Positions 1-11,661 of a stretch of 64,000 nucleotides of DNA are shown one piece after another. Source of the stretch: Francisella tularensis subsp. holarctica (GTDB lineage Bacteria > Pseudomonadota > Gammaproteobacteria > Francisellales > CACEW01); the NCBI GenBank assembly GCA_945879065.1, contig CAMCUU010000002.1, forward strand, positions 3,543 through 67,542, read 5' to 3'. Every line of letters starts with the position of its first letter. Position 1 is the stretch's first letter. The position numbers and the translations under genes were made by a program. The notes under the pieces were generated by a model. It did no database searches. It was not told where the DNA came from and saw only the letters and a program-made list of their open reading frames with translations.

Positions 1-124
1 TTCTTTTAGCTTTTTTTAATTCCCCTCTGTGCAGAGGGGTCTTTGCGGCGGGGTCTTTGTGTATACTCTGCGGCTTTTATTTTTGAGCTTTATTTTAGCC
101 GATAGACCGGGGTCAGAAACAACT

Positions 125-2917
125 ATGTCCGCTTTTTTACAAAAAATATTTGGAAGTCGAAACGAGAGATTAATTAGCCAGCTAGGCAAGAAAGTAGTGA
201 AAATAAATCAGCTGGAAAAATCCATGCAAGATTTAAGTGCTGAGGGGTTAATTAATAAAACACAAGAATTAAAATCCAGAGTCCAAGCGGGAGAAAATCT
301 AGATTCTGTTTTACCAGAAGCGTTTGCTTTAGTTCGTGAGGCGTCTTCTCGGGTTTTGGGCATGAGACATTTTGATGTGCAGTTAATTGGCGGCATGGTC
401 TTACACCAGGGCAAGATTGCAGAAATGCGAACTGGGGAAGGCAAAACCCTAGTGGCTACTTTGCCTGCTTTTTTAAATGCCCTGACGGGGAATGGCGTTC
501 ATGTCATTACCGTCAATGATTATTTAGTCCAGCGGGATGCGGCTGAGATGGGGAAATTATTTTCAGCCTTGGGTTTAAGCACGGGGATTATTATTAATAA
601 TCTATCTCCAGAAGAGAGAAAAAAAGCTTACAGCTGCGATATTACCTATGGGACTAATAACGAATTTGGCTTTGATTATTTAAGAGACAATATGACTTTC
701 TCGAAAGATCAGCAGGTCCAGAGAAAATTAAACTATGCCATTATCGATGAAGTGGATTCTATTTTAATTGACGAAGCCAGAACGCCCTTGGTTATTTCAG
801 GCCCCGCGGAAGACAGTTCAGAGTTATACAAAGCTTTAACTTTATTAGTTAAAAAATTAAAGCCCAGAGAGGGCGAAACAGGGCCTGGAGATTATTATCT
901 AGACGAAAAATCCAAGCAGGCTTTTCTCACAGAAGATGGTCATCATCATATGGAAAATTTACTAGCTGAGGCTGGTTTACTAAGCCCTGGAGAAAGTCTT
1001 TATGCGGCTGAGAATGTCTCCAAGATGCATTATATTAGCGCCGTTCTAAGAGCCAATTTTTTATATGCTTTAGATACGCACTATATGATTAAAAATGGCG
1101 AAGTTTTAATTGTCGATGAGCATACAGGGCGTGCCATGCAAGGCCGTCGTTGGTCCGATGGATTACACCAGGCTATTGAAGCGAAAGAAGGGGTAAAAAT
1201 TCAGAACGAAAATCAGACCCTCGCGTCAATTACTTTCCAGAATTTTTTCAGACAATACACAAAAATTTCTGGTATGACTGGAACGGCTGATACAGAGGCC
1301 TATGAGTTTCATCAGATTTATGGCCTGGAAGTCATTGTGATTCCTACTAATAAACCCATGGTGAGATTGGATTACCCCGATGTCGTGTATCTTACAGAGC
1401 AAGAAAAATTTGAAGCCATTGTCAAAGAAATCGAAGTCTGTCATGCAAGACAGCAGCCTGTTTTAGTCGGAACGACGTCGATAGAAAACTCTGAAAAATT
1501 AGCGCATTTATTAAATCAAAAAAATATTCCTCATGATGTTTTAAACGCCAAACAGCATGAACGCGAAGCGCATATTATTGCCCAAGCAGGTCGACCTGGA
1601 GCCGTGACTATTGCGACCAATATGGCCGGTCGTGGGACAGATATTATGCTGGGGGGTAATTACAAGGCTGAGATAGAAAATAAAAAAATAGAATTAAATT
1701 TAGAAAATCTAGAGCCAGAATTAATTAAAAAAATCAAACAAGAATGGATGGCTCAGCATCAGCAGGTCTTACAAGCGGGTGGTTTATATATTTTAGGCAC
1801 CGAGCGTCATGAATCTCGACGTGTAGATAACCAGCTCAGAGGTCGGGCAGGGCGTCAGGGCGACCCTGGAGTGAGTCGTTTTTATTTATCTCTCGAAGAC
1901 CATCTATTAAGAATCTTCGCAGGCCCTTGGGTTAAAACATTAATGTCTAGAATCGGCATGGGGCGCGGTGAGGCTATTGAGAGTCGCATGGTCTCTAATC
2001 AAATTGCCAAGGCGCAAAAAAGAGTCGAAAACCATCACTTTGATATTCGAAAAGCCCTTTTAGAATTTGACAATGTGGCGAATGATCAGCGCCAGGTAAT
2101 TTATAAAGAACGTCAAATTTTAATTGACAGCCAAGACATGACTGAAACCATTGAAGCCATGCGAGATAAAGTCGCTGAGAGTTTGATTTTTCAGCATATG
2201 CCGCCGCATACCCTGGAAGCCCAGTGGGATATTCCAGGTTTAGAGCGGGCTTTATTAGGCGATTTTGGTCTGAGTATTCCTATTCGTGAGTGGCTAGATC
2301 AAGACCAGACCCTGACAGAGCAAGAAGTTTTGCCCAGGGTTTTAAATTTATTACAAGAAAATTATAAAAATAAAAAATCAAAATTAGATCTTGTGAGTAT
2401 TAATCAATTAGAAAAAACCATTGTTTTACAAATCTTAGATAATTACTGGCGAGAGCATTTAGGCCAGATGGATCATTTAAGACATAGCGTGAATTTACGG
2501 GGCTATGCCATGAAAGATCCTAAGCAAGAATATAAACGCGAGTCTTTTAATTTATTTAGCAAAATGCTGGAAAGATTTAGATACGAGGTCATTGGGACTT
2601 TGTCTAAATTGCAAATTAACCCGGTTAATAACCCAGTTAATAACCCTCCTAATAATTCAGCAACTAATCCAACTCCAGAAAATAGGGTGACCTTACAAAA
2701 GCCCAGAGAAGATAATCAAAAACATATGGGCGTCATGAATTTTCAGCAGGCGTCTTTAACCCATCTAGGCACTCAAGTGGATCTACCGCTGAGGGACTCT
2801 GCGGTGATAAAACCTAATGAAGCGCATTTAGCCCAAGAAAAAATCATCAGCCGTAACGAGCCCTGTCCTTGTGGTTCTGGGGGAAAATTTAAGCACTGTC
2901 ATGGAAAATTAGAGTAA
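125..2917 (+). CDS. secA: Preprotein translocase ATPase SecA
   Basis: Track ORF 29..2917. The conserved start MSAFLQKIFGSRNER is at 125. Motifs MRTGEGKTL, DEVDSILIDEARTPLVISG and the C-terminal zinc motif CPCGSGGKFKHCHG are present. Confidence 0.97.
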   Translation: MSAFLQKIFGSRNERLISQLGKKVVKINQLEKSMQDLSAEGLINKTQELKSRVQAGENLDSVLPEAFALVREASSRVLGMRHFDVQLIGGMVLHQGKIAEMRTGEGKTLVATLPAFLNALTGNGVHVITVNDYLVQRDAAEMGKLFSALGLSTGIIINNLSPEERKKAYSCDITYGTNNEFGFDYLRDNMTFSKDQQVQRKLNYAIIDEVDSILIDEARTPLVISGPAEDSSELYKALTLLVKKLKPREGETGPGDYYLDEKSKQAFLTEDGHHHMENLLAEAGLLSPGESLYAAENVSKMHYISAVLRANFLYALDTHYMIKNGEVLIVDEHTGRAMQGRRWSDGLHQAIEAKEGVKIQNENQTLASITFQNFFRQYTKISGMTGTADTEAYEFHQIYGLEVIVIPTNKPMVRLDYPDVVYLTEQEKFEAIVKEIEVCHARQQPVLVGTTSIENSEKLAHLLNQKNIPHDVLNAKQHEREAHIIAQAGRPGAVTIATNMAGRGTDIMLGGNYKAEIENKKIELNLENLEPELIKKIKQEWMAQHQQVLQAGGLYILGTERHESRRVDNQLRGRAGRQGDPGVSRFYLSLEDHLLRIFAGPWVKTLMSRIGMGRGEAIESRMVSNQIAKAQKRVENHHFDIRKALLEFDNVANDQRQVIYKERQILIDSQDMTETIEAMRDKVAESLIFQHMPPHTLEAQWDIPGLERALLGDFGLSIPIREWLDQDQTLTEQEVLPRVLNLLQENYKNKKSKLDLVSINQLEKTIVLQILDNYWREHLGQMDHLRHSVNLRGYAMKDPKQEYKRESFNLFSKMLERFRYEVIGTLSKLQINPVNNPVNNPPNNSATNPTPENRVTLQKPREDNQKHMGVMNFQQASLTHLGTQVDLPLRDSAVIKPNEAHLAQEKIISRNEPCPCGSGGKFKHCHGKLE

Positions 2918-2923
2918 AAAATA

Positions 2924-3607
2924 ATGGCTAAGAAAAATATTCAGGCGCTGATTTTTGATTTCGATGGTGTTTTATTTGACAGCAGCCGGCTGCATTTTGA
3001 GGCAATGCAGATTGTTTTGTCAGAGCTGGAGATTGATCTTTCTTATGAGACCTATCGCCAAAAATATTTTGGTGTTAATGACCTCGTTATTTTTCAAAAT
3101 TTATTACCCAAAATTTATTCAGATCCTGTGTTTATTAGATCTTTATTACAAAAGAAAATAAAAATTTTCTTAGAAAAAGTTCATCATGATTTAACTATTC
3201 CAGCGATTCCGGGGGTTTTAGATTTTTTAAAAAATATAGAAAATATGATTTTTTCCAGGGCCATTTTCAGCAATGGTAATGGCCTGGAAGTTAATTCTAT
3301 TTTAGAAAAATTAGAGTGCGGCGAATTAAAATCTTACTTTCAATTTGTCACGACCATTGATGATGTGACTTATGGCAAGCCCAACCCAGAGGGTTATTTA
3401 TTAAGCGCGAAAAAATTAAAAATAAATCCAGAGCATTGCTTAGTGATTGAAGATTCTTTAGAGGGCCTTCGTGCGGGGAAATCAGCAGGAATGACAGTGA
3501 TTGGACTCGCGACGACGTATGAGAAAAAAATATTAAAACCCCATGCTGACTTTGTTGCAGAGAGTTATAAAGATGCCTGGGAGTTTGTGTCAAATCAGAC
3601 TAGATAG
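2924..3607 (+). CDS. HAD-IA family hydrolase (phosphatase / beta-phosphoglucomutase-like)
   Basis: Motif I FDFDGVLFDS, plus GKPNPEGY and EDSLEGLRAGKSAGM. Confidence 0.8.
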   Translation: MAKKNIQALIFDFDGVLFDSSRLHFEAMQIVLSELEIDLSYETYRQKYFGVNDLVIFQNLLPKIYSDPVFIRSLLQKKIKIFLEKVHHDLTIPAIPGVLDFLKNIENMIFSRAIFSNGNGLEVNSILEKLECGELKSYFQFVTTIDDVTYGKPNPEGYLLSAKKLKINPEHCLVIEDSLEGLRAGKSAGMTVIGLATTYEKKILKPHADFVAESYKDAWEFVSNQTR

Positions 3608-3617
3608 ACTAGATAAT

Positions 3618-3694
3618 TGGCGCGCCCGGAGAGATTCGAACTCCCGACCACCTGGTTCGTAGCCAGGTACTCTATCCAGCTGAGCTACGGGCGC
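3618..3694 (-). tRNA. tRNA-Arg (anticodon ACG)
   Basis: The reverse complement reads GCGCCCGTAGCTCAGCTGGATAGAGTACCTGGCTACGAACCAGGTGGTCGGGAGTTCGAATCTCTCCGGGCGCGCCA. It folds as a cloverleaf with anticodon loop CTACGAA and an encoded CCA. Confidence 0.95.
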
Positions 3695-3873
3695 TGAAAA
3701 GAGGCGCAATTGTATGGATGCCCCTGGGGTGGTGTCAATAGTTTTGGAAGGGCTTTGGAAGAAATGTATTCGCCTTGACTGGTTTTGCTCGCAACCCTAG
3801 TATCGGGCCCTCTTTGGAGACCCTTGTGATTATTTTTTAGATTATTTTTGATTAATAAATAGGAAAAACTTGT

Positions 3874-4602
3874 ATGAAATTTTTACCAAAATTATTGCCT
3901 GTTGTTTTACTCGTAGCGGCTGGTACCAGCTTTGCTGCAAGCACCCCAACTTACACGACTCAGGATCAACAATTAGGTTATACCTTAGGGTATGACATGG
4001 GCAAAGGCCTGAAGCAACAGGGTGTTTCTGTTGATATCACTGCTTTCAATGCCGGATATACCGCCGCAAATTCCAATGCCACACCGGCTTTAAGCGCTGA
4101 TCAAATGAAAGCAGCGACAGATCAATATCGCCAAGTGGTCATGGCCAGCATGAAAAAAGAACAAGCTGCTCAGCAAGCCAAAATAGATGCTCAAGCGACG
4201 ACGAATGCGACCGCTAGCCAAGCATTTATAACCAAGACTTCTAAGCAAGATGGCGTCATGAAATTATCCGATGGTGTTTATTATAAAGTGATCACTATGG
4301 GTAAAGGCCCGATGCCTAAAGCGACTGACACAGTGACTGTCAATTACGAAGGGTCTTTAATGGACGGTAAAGTATTTGATAGTTCTTATGCTCGTCATAC
4401 CCCAGCCTCTATTCCATTGAATGCCGTCATTCCTGGTTGGACAACAGCGCTGACTCATATGCCCGTCGGCTCTACCTGGACTTTATATCTCTCCCCAGAC
4501 CAAGCCTATGGTAAATATGCGCCTCCAGTGATTGGCCCTAACCAAGCTTTAGTATTCAAAGTTGAATTAATTAAAATCGACGCCCCTGCTGCTAAAAGCT
4601 AG
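3874..4602 (+). CDS. mip: Mip-type FKBP peptidyl-prolyl cis-trans isomerase with signal peptide
   Basis: Signal peptide MKFLPKLLPVVLLVAAGTSFA, a long helical linker, and a C-terminal FKBP domain (VTVNYEGSLMDGKVFDSS, VIPGWTTAL, LVFKVELIKI). Confidence 0.9.
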   Translation: MKFLPKLLPVVLLVAAGTSFAASTPTYTTQDQQLGYTLGYDMGKGLKQQGVSVDITAFNAGYTAANSNATPALSADQMKAATDQYRQVVMASMKKEQAAQQAKIDAQATTNATASQAFITKTSKQDGVMKLSDGVYYKVITMGKGPMPKATDTVTVNYEGSLMDGKVFDSSYARHTPASIPLNAVIPGWTTALTHMPVGSTWTLYLSPDQAYGKYAPPVIGPNQALVFKVELIKIDAPAAKS

Positions 4603-4630
4603 GTGTGATTTGAATTAAGAGTGAAATTAA

Positions 4631-4667
4631 AAAAAGCCAAGATTTTTAAATTTTGGCTTTTTTTTTA
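4631..4667 (+). terminator. Rho-independent terminator after mip
   Basis: Stem AGCCAA (4635-4640) pairs with TTGGCT (4653-4658), followed by a T9 run. Confidence 0.7.
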
Positions 4668-4722
4668 AATTTTAAATTTTTTATTTTTATTTTTTTTATT
4701 TATTTTTTAGGAGAACTCAATC

Positions 4723-5586
4723 ATGAAATTAAGCACTGCTCTTGTTTCCATGGTCCTTGTTGGTGCTGTCTGCATTGGTGGAACGGCGTTTTATTTTCAA
4801 AAACATAATGCAAATTCAAATTTAACTTCAGCCAGTAATCTTAATTCTACTCAAGCGGCTAAGGCTTTAATCGCCAAAGCAACCGGTGGACGAGCTGTTG
4901 TTTTACAAACTTTTATGAGTGGACCGTTCCAGGGCTTTATTTTAAAAGGGACCGAGGCTAATTCTCCCGAAGGGATTTTATTTACCTATATAGATCCTAC
5001 TACCGGCCCCTATTTAATCAGCGGTAATCTTATGAACAGCCAATTGAAAAGCTTAACCGAGCAAGCTTTTGATCAATATATTAGCCCCGGCAAAGCCAAA
5101 GCCGCTTGGGATAGTATTGGCGCTGTAAGCTATGTCTCCATGGGTTCAGATTCAGCCCCTCATAAACTTTATGTCGTTGCAGATCCCAACTGTGTTTTCT
5201 GTCATCAGTTTTATACGGCTTCTAAATCTTATGTCGACTCAGGTCAGTTACAAATTCGCTGGATCTTGGGTGCATTCTTGAAAGACTCCAGCAAAGGCCG
5301 TGCAGCCGCTATTTTGGGTGCTGCTAATCCTGCTGCGGCGTTTACGCAAAACGAACAAGGCTTTAACGACGCTGGAGAAGAAGGCGGAATCACGCCTGCT
5401 TCTACTATATCTCCAGCAGTGACGGCACAGATCAAAGCCAATATGGACTTCATGATTAAAAATCAATTTATGCAGACCCCAACTTTGATTTATAAAAACA
5501 TGGGCAATACCCCCATGATGTACACAGGTCTGCCAGATGCTGATCAGCTGAAGGTCTTGGTTAATTCCATGGGATCTAGTTTCTAG
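4723..5586 (+). CDS. DsbC/DsbG-family thiol:disulfide interchange protein
   Basis: N-terminal hydrophobic anchor and a thioredoxin-fold active site, ADPNCVFCHQFY (CxxC). Confidence 0.75.
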   Translation: MKLSTALVSMVLVGAVCIGGTAFYFQKHNANSNLTSASNLNSTQAAKALIAKATGGRAVVLQTFMSGPFQGFILKGTEANSPEGILFTYIDPTTGPYLISGNLMNSQLKSLTEQAFDQYISPGKAKAAWDSIGAVSYVSMGSDSAPHKLYVVADPNCVFCHQFYTASKSYVDSGQLQIRWILGAFLKDSSKGRAAAILGAANPAAAFTQNEQGFNDAGEEGGITPASTISPAVTAQIKANMDFMIKNQFMQTPTLIYKNMGNTPMMYTGLPDADQLKVLVNSMGSSF

Positions 5587-5625
5587 AAATTATTATTGAT
5601 TAAAAATAATAGAAATTAGGGTGTA

Positions 5626-5656
5626 GGGGCGAATCTTGTATTCGCCCTTATTTTTT
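5626..5656. terminator. Hairpin terminator between convergent genes; intact copy of the dispersed hairpin GGGCGAAT-5nt-ATTCGCCC
   Basis: Stem GGGCGAAT (5627-5634), loop CTTGT, stem ATTCGCCC (5640-5647), then TTATTTTTT. Confidence 0.65.
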
Positions 5657-6793
5657 GATGAGCGGCTTCACAAGATTGGTTATTTTTAAAACCAAAACTG
5701 AACAAATATAAGTCAGCGCTAATACTAAAATTAAGATTAATAAATAAGTTAAAAAATTAATATTTTTAGCTTTCAGCCAAATAATAAAATAAATATAAAT
5801 ATACCCATGGACTAAAAAACCGGGGGCTATTAACTCTCGAAGATGGTTGATAAATCTAGATCTCTCCAGCTTTTCAAAGCCCCATAGTTTCATGCCTACT
5901 AATAAAATTCCCAGTAATCCCAGCCCCAATAAGCTATTAGCTATGGGCCAAGTATAAAAATTAATTTGAGCGAGAAAAAATAGAGCTAAAAATAAGAGAG
6001 ATAATAAAATAACTAAAAAATTATTTATTTTTAAAATCTTAAAATTTTCTGCGCGAGCTAAAACTAAGCCTATAGCAATAGGCATCAGTGCAGACACCGG
6101 CGTGAGATTTAAATTCAAACCCCAGGAATTAGTCCAAGGATTAATAAAAACTTGGGTGAAATATTGAATAAAAATTAAGCATAAAATTAACTTAAAACCA
6201 TATTTTTTATAGCTCGATAAAATTATTGGGAAAATTAAATACAGCTCAAAAATCATTCCAATAAACCACCAGGGGCCTAAGAGCATATCTTGATCAGGCG
6301 GGATCCAAAGCTGAATGCTTGAGAAAATTAAAATCCAGTGAAATAAGCTGGGTGAATGAGCCATGTTGCATTCGATCCAAAGCGATGTCACAAGCCAGGG
6401 AATTAATAAATAAACTAAGCGATTTTTAAAATAAGGCAGAAATTCCAAAGGGGTATTTTCATAGCGTTTATATAAGCCATAGCCTGTCAGAATTAAAAAA
6501 CTCGCAACGGCGGTGTAGCCTAGGCTGTTAATTAATAGGGGTATGAATCTCCAGGTCAAAAAAGTTTGATGGAGCAATATTTGATATAAGTTTAAATAAT
6601 TAGATTGCCAGTAAAATTCACTCAAGGGCCAATGGGTTGCTGGGCTGATTAAATTAGTACTGGTGTTATGAATAATGATTAAGATCATCAGGAATATTTG
6701 AAATAATTGGGTTTGAAGACGTGTCATAGTTTTCCATTGAGTTAGCAGAGTTTTCTTTAGCCGTATCCGTCTAATTATTAGCCGGATAGGCAT
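5648..6793 (-). CDS. Polytopic membrane protein, acyltransferase-3-family-like
   Basis: About 10 hydrophobic segments. GYTAVASFLILTGYGL resembles the acyltransferase_3 motif. An alternative ATG start lies at 6727. Confidence 0.5.
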   Translation of the reverse strand: MPIRLIIRRIRLKKTLLTQWKTMTRLQTQLFQIFLMILIIIHNTSTNLISPATHWPLSEFYWQSNYLNLYQILLHQTFLTWRFIPLLINSLGYTAVASFLILTGYGLYKRYENTPLEFLPYFKNRLVYLLIPWLVTSLWIECNMAHSPSLFHWILIFSSIQLWIPPDQDMLLGPWWFIGMIFELYLIFPIILSSYKKYGFKLILCLIFIQYFTQVFINPWTNSWGLNLNLTPVSALMPIAIGLVLARAENFKILKINNFLVILLSLLFLALFFLAQINFYTWPIANSLLGLGLLGILLVGMKLWGFEKLERSRFINHLRELIAPGFLVHGYIYIYFIIWLKAKNINFLTYLLILILVLALTYICSVLVLKITNLVKPLIKK

Positions 6794-6940
6794 TTCTGGC
6801 GTTTGGAGTAATTAAGACACCAGTGGTCCATTGCTATTATTAGATTCAATGGCCTCAGGATCCCCACCGCCAGTGTAAAGAGCAGCGAGGAGAGTAAGGG
6901 TGGGGCGATGCCAAGGAGATTGGGAGATCATGAGCGTTTC

Positions 6941-7516
6941 CTATCCTGAGTTTATGCTGCAGTTAGCTGGATCTGCGATGAAACTAACCGTTGCTGAGCT
7001 GTCTCCCACGTAAGAACTAACACTAACGTTCGCAGTGACGTTGTTATAACAATGACAGAACTCAGTGTTATCAGTTCCCCAATCTCCTTGAATACCCCCA
7101 TCTGCGTAACCGTAGTAAGAAATAGAAAAGGCCCGAACTGAGGCTGGATCTAGATCAGGGATATTGCTTGCAATCGTATAAAGTTTGGCTCCATCAATAT
7201 TATAGGCTGAGCTTCCAGGTGAAAAAGAAAAGCTAGGGGCATTAATAGGAAGAGTTTCGCCCATATATCCGGCCGTACAGTCTGAGGTGCTATAGAAAGC
7301 AAATATGGCGTTGGTGATAGGGTGCCCGCTCCAAGTGTTATTAAAAGTAATCGTTCCTGCTGAGGGGTCCGTGCCCAATGCGCCTGTCCCCGCAGGTTTT
7401 AAAATATTTCCCAGAGAAAAACTGGGATTCGCGGCAAATAAATAGGCTGAAAAAGCAAGGCTGAATAAGCCCAATCCCAATACAAAGGCCGATTTTTTAA
7501 GCAAGATTCTCATCAC
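6941..7516 (-). CDS. Secreted hypothetical protein (signal peptide, 4 Cys)
   Basis: N-terminus MMRILLKKSAFVLGLGLFSLAFSAYLFA looks like a signal peptide. No recognisable domain. The gene is GC-richer than its neighbours. Confidence 0.55.
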   Translation of the reverse strand: MMRILLKKSAFVLGLGLFSLAFSAYLFAANPSFSLGNILKPAGTGALGTDPSAGTITFNNTWSGHPITNAIFAFYSTSDCTAGYMGETLPINAPSFSFSPGSSAYNIDGAKLYTIASNIPDLDPASVRAFSISYYGYADGGIQGDWGTDNTEFCHCYNNVTANVSVSSYVGDSSATVSFIADPANCSINSG

Positions 7517-7637
7517 TAGTTTTTCTCGAGAGCGCTAAAAATAATAAGGGCGTGAATTTAGCTGAAGATTTCAGTTTTTGGGTATTCATCTTTTAAAAAG
7601 TAACTGATTTTTTTATCCCAATTTTTGATAAAGATTT

Positions 7638-8573
7638 TTAATTATTTTTAAATAATTTCTCCACCTCAGTCCGGCTAAATGCATAGTTGCATTGACAAAA
7701 TTCGCACAGGACTTCGATCGAATCTTTTCCATCAGCACCGTCTAAAATTTTAAAACTTTCTTCTCGGCCCATGAGTAAAATCGCATTGCGCATTTTGTCG
7801 ATAGAGCAAGTACAGCCGAAATAAAGCGCTCTGGGTTCAAAGGCTAAGATAGGATCTTCGTTGAATAGTTTATAAAGCAAATTTTCAGGGCGGTCTTCTA
7901 ATAATTCTTGATCTGTCAGGGTGTTAGCCAAAACAGAGACATGAGCAAAATGATCTTCGTTTTCTAGATTTTCCAGGGTATTAATATCAGGCATGCGTTG
8001 TAATAAAATCCCAGCGGCTTTTTGATCAGCTTGATTTTTTTGATTTGACACACTGATTTTTAAAAAAGTCTGGAGCTGATCGGATTGGCAAAAATAAGCC
8101 CGCATGGAATCACTTAAAGAATCACCTGTTAGGGGGATAATGCTCTGAAAGCGGTCCATCGAAGATTCAGACTGATAAGTCATGACTAGTTTTCCATCGG
8201 GGCCTAAGAGCTCTAAGAAAGATAAGTCAGCAGGAGGTAAATTTGTCCACTGTGCGAGGGCTCTCAGCTTGCAATCATGAGTGCATTGAACAGACAGTAA
8301 TTGAATAAAGCTGGTCCTGTTGTTTTGTTCCGAATTATTTTGATTATTTTGGAACTGGAGCGTTATTTTTCCGCGCTCTTTCGACAGATTAAATAATAAG
8401 ACCACGGCCACTAAAGCTTCAGACAGCAAAGTTTGAATAGCGGGTGGGTAATCTCTTTGGGCCAAGATAGTTTTTATCACTTGGTCGAGTTTAACCATAA
8501 CGCCGCGGATGGGTCTTTGGTTAAAAATAAAGCTGAATAAAAGGTCAGAAGAGTTTGAGAGATCTTGAGTCAT
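7638..8573 (-). CDS. hslO: Redox-regulated chaperone Hsp33
   Basis: The N-terminus is similar to HslO, and the C-terminal zinc centre CTCS...CEFCQCNY is present. Confidence 0.9.
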   Translation of the reverse strand: MTQDLSNSSDLLFSFIFNQRPIRGVMVKLDQVIKTILAQRDYPPAIQTLLSEALVAVVLLFNLSKERGKITLQFQNNQNNSEQNNRTSFIQLLSVQCTHDCKLRALAQWTNLPPADLSFLELLGPDGKLVMTYQSESSMDRFQSIIPLTGDSLSDSMRAYFCQSDQLQTFLKISVSNQKNQADQKAAGILLQRMPDINTLENLENEDHFAHVSVLANTLTDQELLEDRPENLLYKLFNEDPILAFEPRALYFGCTCSIDKMRNAILLMGREESFKILDGADGKDSIEVLCEFCQCNYAFSRTEVEKLFKNN

Positions 8574-8581
8574 GTTTTTCT

Positions 8582-9627
<1,046 letters not shown>

Positions 9628-9631
<4 letters not shown>

Positions 9632-11661
9632 AGTTTAAAAAACGCTCTTATTTTTAATAGTTGATCTCGAATCTGAACCGCTTGTTCAAACTCAAGATTT
9701 TCCGCATGTCGACGCATGGCCTTTTCGAGGGTCGTTATTGTCTGTTTTGCCTGTGCAGGGGTCAATGCATCAAGGGCGATATCCTTATGGATATTTTGAT
9801 TTTTATCCGTGATTTTTTCTCGGGTACTGCGGGTATCTTGCGTATTTCTATAACCCTCTTGGGTCAAAATATTATCCACTGATTTGTGAATCCCCTGGGG
9901 AGTAATTCCATGAATTTGATTGAATTCGATTTGTTTATTTCTGCGTCTATTAGTTTCATCGATGGCTCTTTGCATGGAATTTGTGATTCTATCGGCATAT
10001 AAAATCGCTCGGCCATTAATATGTCTGGCTGCTCGCCCAATCGTTTGAATTAAAGCGCGATCGGATCTTAAAAACCCTTCTTTATCCGCGTCGAAAATAG
10101 CGACTGTAGAAACTTCCGGCATGTCTAAGCCTTCTCTGAGTAAATTAATGCCAATTAAAACATCAAATATACCAGCTCTTAAGTCTTGAATAATTTCAAT
10201 GCGCTCAACGGTTTCAATATCCGAGTGTAAATATCTGACTTTAATACCATGGTCTAATAAAAAATCAGCGAGATCTTCCGCCATTCTTTTAGTGAGCGTT
10301 GTAATTAAAACGCGTTCTTGTTTTTCAGTGGCTAATTTAATTTCCTGCATGACATCGTCTACTTGGGAGCCAGCCGGTTTAATTTGAATAACGGGGTCGA
10401 TTAAACCAGTGGGTCTGACTAATTGTTCTGCAATGGCGCTGGCTTTTTCTAGTTCGAAATTTCCAGGTGTTGCTGAGACATAAATAGTCTGAGGCATGAG
10501 GTTTAAAAATTCTTCAAATTTTAAGGGCCTGTTATCCATGGCGCTGGGTAATCTAAAGCCATAATTAACCAAATTTTCTTTGCGCGCTCGATCGCCTTTG
10601 TACATAGCGCCTAGCTGCGGAATAGTGACATGGGATTCGTCGATAAATAACAAAGCATCTTTAGGTAAATAGTCTATTAAAGTGGGTGGGGGCTCTCCAG
10701 AAGATCTTCCTGATAAATATCTGGAATAATTTTCTATCCCAGTGCAGTAGCCCATTTCGACCATCATCTCCAGGTCAAAATAAGTTCTTTGTTTGAGTCT
10801 TGCGGCTTCTAAGATTTTATCTTGCGACTCCAGCTCTTTGACTCTTTGAGCCAGCTCTAATTTCACATCGTCGATAATTTCTAGAATTCGTTCTTTGGGC
10901 GTCACATAGTGAGATTTTGGGTAAATAGTTAACCTGGAAACTTTTTGGCTGATCTTTCCAGTCAGAGGGTCAAAGTAAGAAAGAGATTCTATTTGATCGT
11001 CGAATAACTCTATGCGAATAGACTCTTTTTCAGAATCTGCTGGGAAAATATCTATTAAATCTCCCCGTACTCTAAAAGACCCCCGGTCTAAAACCACATC
11101 ATTGCGCTCGTATTGCATCTTGCTTAATTTTTTTAAAATTTCCCGCTGATCTAATTTATCTTTTAAATTTAAATGCAAGACCATGGATAAATAAGTCTCG
11201 GGGTCTCCCAAGCCATAAATAGCAGAGACGGTCGCAACAATAATAGTGTCATGGCGTTCTAAAATAGCTTTGGTGGCTGACAGTCTCATCTGTTCAATGT
11301 GCTCATTAATAGACGCATCTTTTTCTATAAAAGTATCTGACTGGGGGACGTAAGCTTCGGGCTGATAATAATCATAATAAGACACGAAATATTCGACGGA
11401 ATTCTCTGGAAAAAAGCTTCGCATCTCGCCATAGAGCTGGGCTGCGAGGGTTTTATTATGGGCCAGGATTAAAGCGGGTCTTTGAGTATTTTTAATTAAA
11501 TTAGCCATGGTAAAAGTCTTACCCGACCCCGTAACGCCTAATAACACTTGATGCATTAAGCCATTATTTAAACCTTGTTCTAATAATTTTATAGCACTGG
11601 GCTGATCTCCAGCAGGGCTGTGAGGTGAGTGTAAAACAAAGGGCTTAATTGAATTTAACAA
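9628..11661 (-). CDS. uvrB: Excinuclease ABC subunit B
   Basis: [12 protein letters not shown] Walker A, helicase motifs, and a C-terminal UVR domain ([12 protein letters not shown]). Confidence 0.97.

Noticed and set aside
22-59. The hairpin CCCCTCTG-TG-CAGAGGGG followed by a GGGGTCTTTG direct repeat, upstream of secA.
   Set aside because: The window edge prevents interpretation. There is no T-run in the right position for a terminator on either strand, and the resemblance to the TIR inner module (CCCCTCTCTG) is superficial.
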